Assembly: GCA_034670305.1 (NCBI GenBank)
Contig: JAXMNT010000040.1
Span: forward strand, 12,480-76,479
DNA length: 64,000 nucleotides
From: Deltaproteobacteria bacterium
GTDB taxonomy: Bacteria > Myxococcota_A > Polyangia > Polyangiales > Houyiibacteriaceae
Reading direction: 5' to 3'
The translations under genes were made by a program, and so were the position numbers. The notes beneath the pieces are model-generated. The model did no database searches, was not told where the DNA came from, and worked only from the letters and a program-made list of their open reading frames with translations. Shown piece by piece: positions 10,155 through 19,943 of this stretch (the stretch's first letter is position 1; the number at the start of each line of letters is the position of its first letter).

Positions 10155-10708
10155 ATGACCCTCGATGCCTTGAGAAGTCTTGCCGCCGCGGTCCTGTTCG
10201 TGGCCGGTCTGATGCTGTGGACGCGGGCGAGCATGCACGTCGAATCGAACGCGGGCTCCCCTGGAACCGTCGCGTCGTGTGAAGAAAGCGAAGTGGACGC
10301 TGCGCACCCCGACGTGGAGCCCCCGGCCGCGCAGGGCGAGTGCCCGCCGACCGACGCCTTCGCCCTGATGCTGCGCAGCGGCTGGCACACGGTGGATTGC
10401 AGTACGCTCGGCCGATGGGTGAACCCAAGGTCGAAGGCGTCGAGCTCGAGCTCGAGGTGAAGTGGCTTGGCCGCGCCGACCTGCTCGCCTTCATCGTCCG
10501 CATCCACAACCGCTCCCGCGGCGATGTGCCCGCCGGACGACGGGTCGGCATCTTCGAGAAGAAGCGCCGCGCCTGCGTGGAGACCGTGACCCTGGAAGCC
10601 CCGCTCCCACCTGGCGAGACCTTCCACCACGCCTTCACCATCCCAATCGTGTCCGAAGACTTCGAACGCGACCACACCATCCACTGGCTCGACGACCCAG
10701 AAGCCTGA
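10155..10708 (+). pseudogene. Membrane-anchored hypothetical protein split by a probable frameshift (or two overlapping small ORFs)
   Basis: ORF 10155-10460 (GGAGG RBS, N-terminal TM) overlaps ORF ending 10708. One extra C at AACCCAAGG (~10425) would fuse WVNP to KVEGVELELEVK. Confidence 0.45.
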
Positions 10709-10821
10709 GCGCTGTGCGGCCCTTCACTCCCCCGAAACGGACGGGCGCTGCTGAGTCGTAGGTAGGACCCGTCCGCGGTTGGACCTCGAGGCCCAGGACC
10801 TCGGCGACGCGGTCGGGAGCG

Positions 10822-11628
10822 TCAGGACAGCGGGGCGTTGGTGAGGGGGAGCGCGGTCCATCGGTTGTCGTGGAAGCGGTGGAGGGTGTCGCTTTCTGCG
10901 AAGAAGAGACCGACCGGCGTGCCGAAGAGACAGGTGTCGCGATGGGTCTCGCCGGTGACCTCGAGCTGGGTGACCTTGCCGTCGAGGTCGATGCGCTGAA
11001 CCTGGTGGTTGCTCCAGGCGTAGAAGGCGCCGGCGTAGGAGGTGAGGCACCAGCAGTCCGAGAGTTTCGCCTCGCTGACCTTCTTCTCACGCACGAGCTG
11101 GACGGTGCCGGCGCGGGAGCCGGCGGCGAACACCTTCTGGTTCGGCTCGAAGGCGACGGTGTGCAAGTGGGGCAGCGGTTTGGCGAGCGTCTTCCACTTC
11201 GGGTCGGAGAGCGCGCGGCGGCGGGTGCCGGCGCTGCCTGCGTGCCAGACGAACCCTGGGCCGGCTTCCACGGCCGAGAACGCGCCGCCCGATCCGAACG
11301 CGTGCACGACGTCGTCTTTGTCGAGCACATGCAAGCCGGTGACGGCCTCGAACGCGGCGTGGCGCTCGATGCCGAGCTTCTGGTTGGCGCCGCGTTTGCC
11401 AGAGTGCGGCTGGACCGAGAGTTTCTCGATGCTCCAGAAGACGCTGTAGCCCTCGGTGCCGTCGTGGCCGGACCACATCTCTTCGGAGGGCGGGGAGACC
11501 TTGCGCACGAACTCGAACTGGTCGTCGCGGAGGCGCAGCACGAACCGCTTCGGCCCGGAATAGACGAGCACGAGGACGCAGTTCGTTTCAGGTTCGTGGG
11601 CGACCGAGCGAGGCGTGGTGCGAGGCAT
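10822..11628 (-). CDS. Hypothetical beta-propeller-like protein
   Basis: Beta-strand-rich 268 aa ORF with WD40-like segment LHTVAFEPNQKVFAAGSRAGTVQL. Confidence 0.6.
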   Translation of the reverse strand: MPRTTPRSVAHEPETNCVLVLVYSGPKRFVLRLRDDQFEFVRKVSPPSEEMWSGHDGTEGYSVFWSIEKLSVQPHSGKRGANQKLGIERHAAFEAVTGLHVLDKDDVVHAFGSGGAFSAVEAGPGFVWHAGSAGTRRRALSDPKWKTLAKPLPHLHTVAFEPNQKVFAAGSRAGTVQLVREKKVSEAKLSDCWCLTSYAGAFYAWSNHQVQRIDLDGKVTQLEVTGETHRDTCLFGTPVGLFFAESDTLHRFHDNRWTALPLTNAPLS

Positions 11629-11727
11629 GCGGGGAGGATACGGCAACTTCGGCAGCGTGAGCGGCACGGCTGACGGGTCGCGGGGCGCGTGCTGGGCGGG
11701 CGTTGGATGCGCGGGTAGCATCGCCCC

Positions 11728-12519
11728 ATGCGGGCATCGTTTCGAATCGCGCTTGGCTTCTCGGTCGCGTGCACCACGGTCGCGTGCACCACGGCCTCGG
11801 GTGGCGAGTCGAACCATCCGGCCACCACGCCCGACCCCGCCACCGAAGCGGAGCCGGTTCCAGTCGAGCCGGTCGTGGGTACGGTGGCCGCGACGCGGCT
11901 GACGGGTCCGTTCCCGACGCGCTGCGCCGCCATCGAGGCCGCCGAGGAAGACGCGGACTGTGATCTGTTGCAGGACGGACCACGCGCGGAACAGCCTCCC
12001 GCGCCTTTCCTGGACGTGCGGTTCGACGAGGCCGTGTTCGAAGACGGCCTGCCCGACTCCAGCTGCAACCTGTTCGTTCGAACCGAGGCCGGATGGTTCC
12101 ACCACGACCTCGACGGCATGCTCTGCGGCAACTCGGGCAGCGTGCGGGTCTCCGTCAGCGCCTCGTTCGAGTTCCAGCCGGTGGGTCCAGAAGGTCTGCC
12201 GCGGCTCGTCGCGCGCGTCGGCGAGTACTATTCGCACTCCGTGGACGGCGAAGAAGAGCGTTCAAGGGAGATGTTCTGCGGCACGACCGAAGACCACGGG
12301 GTCGCGTGCACGTTCTGGTGGGTCGCGCAGACCGTCACGCCTTTCGATCCCGACGATCAAGACGGAGACGGGGAGCCCGACGAGAACCCCACACCGCCGC
12401 CCCACTGGAACGCGGGGCTGCGCTACGAGGCGACCGACGCCGTCGTGGTGGGCGCCCACACGCCGCCCGAGTACGGCGCGAACCTGCCGGGCATCGGACG
12501 TTTTCAAGTCACGTTCTGA
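11728..12519 (+). CDS. Cys-rich lipoprotein, hypothetical
   Basis: Signal peptide with a duplicated VACTT (15 bp duplication), a Pro/Glu linker and several Cys. Confidence 0.7.
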   Translation: MRASFRIALGFSVACTTVACTTASGGESNHPATTPDPATEAEPVPVEPVVGTVAATRLTGPFPTRCAAIEAAEEDADCDLLQDGPRAEQPPAPFLDVRFDEAVFEDGLPDSSCNLFVRTEAGWFHHDLDGMLCGNSGSVRVSVSASFEFQPVGPEGLPRLVARVGEYYSHSVDGEEERSREMFCGTTEDHGVACTFWWVAQTVTPFDPDDQDGDGEPDENPTPPPHWNAGLRYEATDAVVVGAHTPPEYGANLPGIGRFQVTF

Positions 12520-12561
12520 GGCCTGGTTGCGGCGTCTGCGCGATGCGCGGTAGTTCCGGGG

Positions 12562-13977
12562 ATGCGCTTCGTCGTTCTGATCCTCCTGCTCGGGTGTCCG
12601 GCCGCCACGACCCCGGCCGCCACGATCCCGGCCGCCACGACTCCGCCGCCCGCGGTCGCACCGGCACCGACCACCCAGTGTCGCGTCGAGCAGCGGGAGG
12701 TCCAGGTCGAGTGGACGCTCGATGCGGCGGGGTTTCCGACGAAGCAGTACGTGAACAACGACGCGGCAGCGCATCAGTTCGCGACCGAGTGGGTGCGCGA
12801 CCGAGACGGACGCACCTTGCGGGTCGAGACCGAGATGCTCGAGGGCATCGGTGAGGATCGCCACTTCACTCGAACACTCACCCATCGAGAGAGCAACCGA
12901 ACGGTTGAGGTCCGGTACGAGGAACGCGGCGAGGTCCACAGCGAGCGCTACTTCTACGACGACCGCGGCCGCCCGATTCGAATCGAGTCCGTCGTCGGCG
13001 ACGGCGAACCCCGCATCACTTCGTGCAGGTACGACGACCGTGGCCGGGTCGTGATGCGCGACGGGGTCATGTACGAGTACGTGGGCGATCGAACCATGCC
13101 GAGCCATGCCCGCTACGACGCCTTCGAGCGCGCGCCCTTCGTCGCCGTGGGCGACGCCGTCTTCGAAGGGGACCCCCTCGAGCCCTACCGTCACAACGCG
13201 GAGATCCAACGCTACCTGGGCGACTGCACCGACGTGTTCTTCTACCCGTGCAGCCCCGTCTTCGCACCACCGCCTGCGGCTGGAGACACACGCGGTGTGC
13301 GCCTGCCGCGCTTCGAACGGAGGCCGGCAGCCTCGATGGAAGCGGTGGTGGAACAGAGCCTCGGGTGCAGGAACAACGGCGCGTCCGGCGAAGACGCGCC
13401 GGACGAGACCGCGTCCGACGACGACGACTGGGTGGATCTGGGTGCCGTCCGATGCACGGTGGAATCCGTACAGACCGCGGTGGGCACCGGCAGGGTCCGC
13501 GGCGTCGCGCTGGTCACCATCGCGCGTGGTGAGGAGGCGGAGGAGAGCACCCATCTTCTGCTCCACCTCGAGGACGGTTGGTCGCTCGGACCCGAAGTCG
13601 CCGACGGTCCGTTCAACGGAAACCAGACCGTGGGCACGCTTCGGTTCGCAGTCTCCCGAGTGGCCCTGCAGCCGGTCCTCTCTCCAACCGAACTCGGGCT
13701 CGTGGCGCACTACGAGACCGAGACGAACGTGGCGGTCGACGGGGCGGAACGCGCCATCCGGGAATCCGGGCTCATCCTGTGCACCGGCCTCGCGTCCGCC
13801 ATGCTCCAGTGCACGCGCGTCGCAGAGTCGATTCACGAACAGGTGGGCGACCAAGTGACCGAAGCCAGCGCACGTCTGCGGATCGTCGGCGACGGGACGA
13901 TCGCAGTCGATCAGGTCAGCGGCCGCCACCAGCGCGTGCCGGCGGACACGTTCGTCGTGGAAGACTGGTTCGAGTAG
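12562..13977 (+). CDS. Lipoprotein with YD/RHS-like repeats, hypothetical
   Basis: Lipobox LLGC and PAAT repeats. YFYDDRGRPIR, CRYDDRGRVV and RDRDGRTLR are YD-like units. Confidence 0.7.
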   Translation: MRFVVLILLLGCPAATTPAATIPAATTPPPAVAPAPTTQCRVEQREVQVEWTLDAAGFPTKQYVNNDAAAHQFATEWVRDRDGRTLRVETEMLEGIGEDRHFTRTLTHRESNRTVEVRYEERGEVHSERYFYDDRGRPIRIESVVGDGEPRITSCRYDDRGRVVMRDGVMYEYVGDRTMPSHARYDAFERAPFVAVGDAVFEGDPLEPYRHNAEIQRYLGDCTDVFFYPCSPVFAPPPAAGDTRGVRLPRFERRPAASMEAVVEQSLGCRNNGASGEDAPDETASDDDDWVDLGAVRCTVESVQTAVGTGRVRGVALVTIARGEEAEESTHLLLHLEDGWSLGPEVADGPFNGNQTVGTLRFAVSRVALQPVLSPTELGLVAHYETETNVAVDGAERAIRESGLILCTGLASAMLQCTRVAESIHEQVGDQVTEASARLRIVGDGTIAVDQVSGRHQRVPADTFVVEDWFE

Positions 13978-14175
13978 CGGGGCAAGGGCAAGTGGGGTGC
14001 GCAGGGCCGAGTACGGTGACGTGGTACACCGCTCGCGTGTCCGTCCTAGGTCCCCAACGAAAGAGAGCCGGATGAACCAACCCCTGGTCAGCGCACCGTA
14101 CGCGCAACCGCAGGTCGAACTGCGCCATCAGACGCCGACTGAGGCACCCCGCTCCTCTGAAACGGACGTGTCGTG

Positions 14176-15015
14176 ATGGACACCATCTGGAACCGGCTGG
14201 CGGAGCTGTTCTCGCCGACTCGGATCGGTGGCTACCTCGCCGACAGCCTCGTGCCCGACCTCATCGCGGCCGTCGCAGCGTTTCTGGCGCTTTGGTTGCT
14301 GTACAAGCTGGTCGACCGGGCGCTCCAGGCGTCGCTCCGGCGGACCGACCTGGACAAGACCGCGAGCCTCTTCATCCGCACCGTCGTGCGCTACGGCATC
14401 CTCACCATCGCCGTCGTGACGTCGCTCGCGCAGCTCGGGGTCGACGTGACCTCGCTGCTCACCAGCCTCGGCGTGGCCGGCCTGACGATCGGTTTCGCGG
14501 CAAAGGACGTGCTCAGCAACGTCATCAGCGGCCTGTTCATCTTCTGGGACCGGCCCTTCGTCGTCGGCGACCTGGTGGAGATCGGCGACCACTACGGCAC
14601 CGTCCAGGAGATCACGATGCGCAGCACCCGCGTCGTGACGGTCGACGGGCGCATGCTCGCGATCCCGAACTCCGAGATCGTCTCGAAGACGGTGGCGTCC
14701 TACACGAACTTCCCCGGCTTGCGGCTGGACGTGGACTTCACCGTCGCGGTGACCGAGGACCTCGGCCGGGTGCGCGACATCGCGCTCGGCCTGGTCGCCG
14801 AGGACGCACGCTTCAGTCCAGACAAAGCGCCGACCATCGTCGTGACCGCCCTCAACGACTACAACTGTGCGATCCAGCTCCGGGTATGGCTGCTCGACGA
14901 ACGCAAGCACATCGCCACACGGTTCGAGATTCGGGAACGACTCTTCGAACAGCTGCGCGAAGGCAACGTCGACATGCCGTACGAGACCCTCGAAGTCCGC
15001 ACCCGCGCGGCCTGA
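14176..15015 (+). CDS. Small-conductance mechanosensitive channel (MscS family)
   Basis: LGVAGLTIGFAAKDVLSNVISG, DRPFVVGDLVEI and IPNSEI. Confidence 0.92.
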   Translation: MDTIWNRLAELFSPTRIGGYLADSLVPDLIAAVAAFLALWLLYKLVDRALQASLRRTDLDKTASLFIRTVVRYGILTIAVVTSLAQLGVDVTSLLTSLGVAGLTIGFAAKDVLSNVISGLFIFWDRPFVVGDLVEIGDHYGTVQEITMRSTRVVTVDGRMLAIPNSEIVSKTVASYTNFPGLRLDVDFTVAVTEDLGRVRDIALGLVAEDARFSPDKAPTIVVTALNDYNCAIQLRVWLLDERKHIATRFEIRERLFEQLREGNVDMPYETLEVRTRAA

Positions 15016-15030
15016 ATCTGAACGGTCTGG

Positions 15031-15900
15031 TCAGCCGGAGTCGTCGGAGCCGGAGTCCTCCGACCCGGCGACGGCCCCCCCGTGTCCCTCGATGGCGGGG
15101 CCGGGGCCGCCAGGATCGAAGATCATGCGAGAGCCAGGGACCGCGATGGCCTCTGCGTCGAACTGGCGGCGCACCTCGATCTGAAGCTCGCTGCGAACCT
15201 CCAGGTAGATCTCGCGGCGGGCCCAGACAGAGAACTTGATGAGCACACCGTCGGCCTCGAAGTCCTGCGCCACGAAGACGGGCTTGGGCTCCTCCAGAAT
15301 GCGCGGCTCCCGGGCCGCGATGCCGTCCAGAATCGCGCGTACCTGTTCGAGGCCTTGGCCGTAGCCGACCCGCAGCAGCAGATCGATGCGACGGAGCTCG
15401 AAGCGGCTCAGGTTGGTGAGTTCGGCTTTGATCAACATCTCGTTCGGGAGGCGGACGAAGAGGTTGTCGAACGTGCGGAGCTTCACGGAGAGCATGTCGA
15501 TCGAGAGGACTTCCCCGCTGGTCGTGCCGACGCGAATGACGTCGCCGACACCAAAGGCGCGTTCGCCAATCAGAAAGAGACCGCTGATCAGGTTCGAGGC
15601 GGAGGTCTGCGAAGCGAAACCGACCGCGACGGTGAGTGCGCCTGCGGCGCCGAGCAACACGCTGAGATCGAACCCGGCTTCCCGCAGTGCGCCGAGCACG
15701 CCGACGCTGGCCACACTGTAGAAGATCGCACGCCGCACCAGGATGCTGCGCTGCATGTCGTCTCGCCCAAGCCAACGCCCTGCGGCCGCGGCTGCGACCC
15801 GCGCCAGCAACAACGTGAACACGAACACGAGACCGGCGCGCGCGAACGTCTCCCAGTGGTCGGAGGTCCAGGTTCGCAGGGTGTTCCACAGTTCATCCAT
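15031..15900 (-). CDS. Small-conductance mechanosensitive channel (MscS family)
   Basis: AAGALTVAVGFASQTSASNLISGLFLIGERAFGVGDVI and LPNEMLIK. Confidence 0.92.
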   Translation of the reverse strand: MDELWNTLRTWTSDHWETFARAGLVFVFTLLLARVAAAAAGRWLGRDDMQRSILVRRAIFYSVASVGVLGALREAGFDLSVLLGAAGALTVAVGFASQTSASNLISGLFLIGERAFGVGDVIRVGTTSGEVLSIDMLSVKLRTFDNLFVRLPNEMLIKAELTNLSRFELRRIDLLLRVGYGQGLEQVRAILDGIAAREPRILEEPKPVFVAQDFEADGVLIKFSVWARREIYLEVRSELQIEVRRQFDAEAIAVPGSRMIFDPGGPGPAIEGHGGAVAGSEDSGSDDSG

Positions 15901-15939
15901 GGCGGTTCACCCCGTCGACCGGCTTGAGTGTGCGGGCAT

Positions 15940-16683
15940 TCATGACCAGAGCGCCGCCAGCGCGTGCTTCCAAACCGAGCCGCTCTTCTGGCGCGGCGCG
16001 TTGAGCACCTTGGTGTCTTTCGGAAGCGCCTCGACCCGGAGCTCGGCGTTGTGGGCATCCTTGCGGACGAGCCGGACCGTTTCGGTCACCAGACACTCCG
16101 AGGAGGCATCCCACGCGAGCGTCAGCCGCGGGAGTGGCAACCGGATGCTTTTGGCCTCCAGCGTCTCAGCGCCTTGGTTCTCCAGCATCACCTCGGTGAC
16201 CGCGCGCGTGGCCGGGACCGAGAGTTCGGCACGCTGGCGGGTCCCGCTCGTGCGCGACGCGTAGCAGAGCTCCCCGACCACGGGGGATGGACCGAACCAA
16301 GTCTCGGGCGGGTCCCAGATGGAACGTTCTCCGAGCGCGACGCTTCCCGCGAGCAGCAGGACGTTCAGCGGGGTCGTCACGAAGATCGAGACCCGCTGAC
16401 CAGGCGGCAGGTAGACGGGAATCAGCGGCCTCACGACGACCGACCTCTCGGCGAGGCGTGGTTGAAACGCGAAGGTCTCGACGACCTCCGACATGACGAA
16501 ACGCCGGACCTCGAGGTCGGGGGGCTCCGGGGCCTCGTCGAACTCGAGTCGGTCGGACGCGACATCGCGATCGCGACGGGAGCTCACGATGACTTCGCCT
16601 GCTTCGCGTCGGATCCACAGGCCGAGCTCGCCGAGCTGGGCGTGAAGGCATTCGGGGCCGAGCGGACGGGGGTCCCACCACAT
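15940..16683 (-). CDS. DUF432-like protein
   Basis: PRLAERSVVVRPLIPVYLPPG...IFVTTPL and TWFGPSPVVGELCYA; lies directly upstream of mscS on the same strand. Confidence 0.7.
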   Translation of the reverse strand: MWWDPRPLGPECLHAQLGELGLWIRREAGEVIVSSRRDRDVASDRLEFDEAPEPPDLEVRRFVMSEVVETFAFQPRLAERSVVVRPLIPVYLPPGQRVSIFVTTPLNVLLLAGSVALGERSIWDPPETWFGPSPVVGELCYASRTSGTRQRAELSVPATRAVTEVMLENQGAETLEAKSIRLPLPRLTLAWDASSECLVTETVRLVRKDAHNAELRVEALPKDTKVLNAPRQKSGSVWKHALAALWS

Positions 16684-16780
16684 GGTCGCCAGCGTCGCAG
16701 AATCGCCGCATGGACCCCAGAATTCGGCGTCTTTCTTCCCCCCGCGCCTGGCATCGCGGGGCGGCAAGCCCGCGATGCCG

Positions 16781-17881
16781 TTACAGCCAGCGTTTGCGGC
16801 GGAAGTAGAACAGCATGCCGACCGCCAGGCTCAGCATGAGGGCGATCAGGATGGGGTATCCCCACGGCGACGAGAGCTCGGGCATGTTGTAGGGCGACGC
16901 CTGGGTGTCGAAGTTCATGCCGTAGAGCCCCGCGATGAAGCTGAGCGGGATGAAGATCGTCGCGATCATGGTCAGCACCTTCATGACCTCGTTCGATCGG
17001 AACCCAAGCGTGCTCAGATGCGCCTCGCGGAGCGCGCGGGCGAGTTCGCGTTGGCCCTCGAGCAGGTCGACCATCTGGGTCAAGTGGTCCTGGCAGTCGC
17101 GCAGGTAGAGCCGCACGTCGCCATCCAACAATGGGTGCTGGTCGCGGACCAGTCGCACGATCGCTTCGCGGAGTGGGAGGATGGCCCGACGAACCGCGAC
17201 GAGCGCGCGGTCCACCGAATGGATCTCTTCCATCAGCGTGGTGTCGTGCGAACGAAATGCCTGCGCGTCGAACGCTTCGAGCCGGTCGTCGTAGGCCTCG
17301 AGCAGTGGGAACATCGCGTCGACGGCGGCGTCCAGCAGCGCGTAGGCAAGGTAGCCCGCGCCTTGCTTTCGAATGCGCCCAGTACCCGCGCGGATGCGTT
17401 CGCGCACCGGATCGAAGCAGTCGCCGGCCCGCTCCTGAAAGGTGATGACGAAGTCTTCGCCGAGGAACATGGCGACCTGTTCGATGTCGAGCTTGCCGTC
17501 GACCTCGCGGGCGATCCGGGTGACGATGAAGAGGGCGTCGGTGTAGCTCTCGACCTTGGCGCGCTGACCCGGTTGCAAGGTGTCCTCGAGCGCGAGCGGA
17601 TGCAGCTTGAACGCATCGCCCACTTGTTTGATGAGCTCCAGCGATCCGAGACCGACCACGTCGATCCAGGTGACGGCACGGCGGGGCGCAGTGAGCGATT
17701 CGGACTCGGAGAGGTGCTCGGCGTCGTAGGTGATGATCCGGAGCTCGGACGCGGCGGCGCCGACCGGTGGCGTGAGGGTGCCAGGCGGTTTGGCTCGGTT
17801 GCGCCGCGTGGTGGTGTTTCGAAACGACGATCGATGGTGTCGCACGGGCTTGTGGGACGGTTTGGGTTTCGAGGGGGCCAC
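16781..17881 (-). CDS. corA: Magnesium/cobalt transporter CorA
   Basis: WIDVVGL, LHPLALED, TFQE, NEVMKVLT, the YGMNF signature and MPEL. Confidence 0.95.
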   Translation of the reverse strand: MAPSKPKPSHKPVRHHRSSFRNTTTRRNRAKPPGTLTPPVGAAASELRIITYDAEHLSESESLTAPRRAVTWIDVVGLGSLELIKQVGDAFKLHPLALEDTLQPGQRAKVESYTDALFIVTRIAREVDGKLDIEQVAMFLGEDFVITFQERAGDCFDPVRERIRAGTGRIRKQGAGYLAYALLDAAVDAMFPLLEAYDDRLEAFDAQAFRSHDTTLMEEIHSVDRALVAVRRAILPLREAIVRLVRDQHPLLDGDVRLYLRDCQDHLTQMVDLLEGQRELARALREAHLSTLGFRSNEVMKVLTMIATIFIPLSFIAGLYGMNFDTQASPYNMPELSSPWGYPILIALMLSLAVGMLFYFRRKRWL

Positions 17882-17938
17882 GGGTTCTCTCCTGAGGGCC
17901 GCATCCTATCAGCGGGCGGGCGAGGTAGACTGCGCGTC

Positions 17939-18964
17939 GTGCTGTACCTCCTCGTGGGCAACCCCACCGCACAGTCCGGCCGCGCCGCCGACCACCTCGA
18001 CCGCACCGCCGCCTCGGTGCGCGCGCGTGGCAGTCGGGTGCGGCTTCTGGCGACCGAGCCCGCGGGACGAACGGTCGGCCTCGTGACCTCGGCCATCGAA
18101 GAACTGCGGCCCGATGTGGTGCTGACCTTCGGGGGGGACGGCACCTTCAACGAGGTGGCGCGGGGGATTCTCGCTGCGCCCGGCGATCCGGTCCCGCTCG
18201 GCATGTTGCCGATGGGAACGGCCAACAACCAGGGGCGTTCGTTTGGCCTCGGCGCGGGACCGAAAGCGATCGAGAAGAACCTCGACGTGGTGTTCGGGGG
18301 ACACGTGACCCAGCTCGACGTCGGGTACCTCTCCCTGCTCGACGTGGACGGGCGCGTCACGCACGAGAGCGCGTTCTTCGACTCGGTGGGTTGGGGCATG
18401 CAGGCCGACATCCTCGCGCAACGCAACCGCGACCGCGCGGCGGTGAAGGAGATCCCGCTCTTGCGCGACGTCTGGCGCGACCAGGCCGTGTATGCCGGCG
18501 CCACGATCACGAAGTTGCTGGAGAGTTACGTGCAGCCGACGAAGTTCGACGCGCGCATCGTGAGTGAAGGCGAAACGCACCTCTACACGGGCATGACCGA
18601 CATCGTCATCAGCAACACCGCGCTCTACGCCGGCGAGTGGATCGTCGACCGGAACTCGGAGCCGGACGATGGCCGCTTCGAACTCGCGCCGTTCCAAGGC
18701 CGCCGCGATTGGCTCTCGAAGACGATTCGCGATCTGACGGTGCTCGACATCAAACAAGAGGACCTCGACGTGCTCGGCATCACCCACTCCGTCGGGTACA
18801 CCGCCAAGGACTTCGACGTCGAACTCACCCGGTTCGGCAACGAAACGGTGGCGGCGCAGCTCGATGGCGAAGAGTGGAGACCAGGGCGCCACTATCGGGT
18901 GCGGTGCGAACCGCAGGCGCTGCCGCTGCTCACGCCGCGCCGTTTCGTCCCGCCCTGGCGGTGA
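17939..18964 (+). CDS. Diacylglycerol kinase family (YegS/BmrU-like) lipid kinase
   Basis: NPTAQSG, GGDGTFNEV, PMGTANN and QLDGE motifs; start approximate. Confidence 0.88.
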   Translation: MLYLLVGNPTAQSGRAADHLDRTAASVRARGSRVRLLATEPAGRTVGLVTSAIEELRPDVVLTFGGDGTFNEVARGILAAPGDPVPLGMLPMGTANNQGRSFGLGAGPKAIEKNLDVVFGGHVTQLDVGYLSLLDVDGRVTHESAFFDSVGWGMQADILAQRNRDRAAVKEIPLLRDVWRDQAVYAGATITKLLESYVQPTKFDARIVSEGETHLYTGMTDIVISNTALYAGEWIVDRNSEPDDGRFELAPFQGRRDWLSKTIRDLTVLDIKQEDLDVLGITHSVGYTAKDFDVELTRFGNETVAAQLDGEEWRPGRHYRVRCEPQALPLLTPRRFVPPWR

Positions 18965-19005
18965 CGAACTTCGCTGAGGGTTCGGCGGTGTGCCAGAGTA
19001 CCGGC

Positions 19006-19878
19006 ATGCGCTCGTTGTTCTTGTTCGTGTCCGTGTTCGCTCTGCTGGCCTGTGAAACGGACGACCCCGCGCCGCCGCCTCCCACCGACACGAGCGGCGT
19101 GGACGGTGGAGCGCGCGACGCGGGCATGCTGGACGCCGCAAGGCAGGACTCCGGCGCAATGGACGCAGACATCGACAGCTCGGTCGACGCTGGCCCAGGC
19201 GAAGACACGGCGACCGATGCGGGCGCCCAAGACAGCGCCACGCCCGACGCTGGACCCATGGTGCCCAGAATCGATGGTCTGATCGGCGAAGACGAATGGG
19301 CCGGTGCGGTACGGGTCGCCGACGTCACCCTCTCCAGCACCGGCACGCCCTTCGAAGGCAACGCGTTGCGGGCGCTGCTGGTGTTGCGCACCGAAGAACG
19401 GCTCTACCTCGCGGTCGACGCCGATCTCACCGATGGCAACGCCTTGCTCGTGTACATCGACGGAGACGTGGGGGGCGGTGAAGGCGTCGTGAACACCAGC
19501 GAGCTCGGCGACCTCGTCGGCGCGCTCGACGCCGCGTTCTCCACCAAGACCGTGCTCTTGCCGTCCGAGTTCCGGCTCGACCAGGTGTGGGGGACCCTCG
19601 ACATGGGCCGCGCGCTCACCGCCGACGATGACCGGATGGGCTGGCGCGACGTCTCCACCAACCCGAGCCTCTTCCGAGCCTTCACGCCCGACGTCAGCGC
19701 GTCGGTGTGCAGCGCGGCGGCGTGTGAGGCGTCGGTGCGGCTCGACGAGCTCGGCACCCTCGGCACGATCGGGGTGTTCGTCCGGCTTGGTTCGGCCACC
19801 ACCGCCAACCTCTCCAACCAGACGCTCCCGATGGACGCGGACCCCGAGTTCGTCACGATCTTCCTCGAAGCGCCCTGA
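19006..19878 (+). CDS. Lipoprotein with DOMON/CBM9-like domain, hypothetical
   Basis: Lipobox LLAC and DAG-rich linker, followed by PRIDGLIGEDEW...LYLAVD...LLVYID. Confidence 0.65.
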   Translation: MRSLFLFVSVFALLACETDDPAPPPPTDTSGVDGGARDAGMLDAARQDSGAMDADIDSSVDAGPGEDTATDAGAQDSATPDAGPMVPRIDGLIGEDEWAGAVRVADVTLSSTGTPFEGNALRALLVLRTEERLYLAVDADLTDGNALLVYIDGDVGGGEGVVNTSELGDLVGALDAAFSTKTVLLPSEFRLDQVWGTLDMGRALTADDDRMGWRDVSTNPSLFRAFTPDVSASVCSAAACEASVRLDELGTLGTIGVFVRLGSATTANLSNQTLPMDADPEFVTIFLEAP

Positions 19879-19943
19879 CCCTGCCTTCTGGCGGTGTCCA
19901 GGCGCACACGGGGCGGTCCGGAGTTTGCAGGGGACCGGGCATC

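Noticed and set aside
12562-13977. Rhs toxin
   Set aside because: Only two or three YD-like units; no Rhs core, DPxG cleavage motif or immunity gene.
16682-17938. N-terminal 419 aa of the 760 aa ORF
   Set aside because: Antisense to corA; only the DAG-kinase-family portion is credible.
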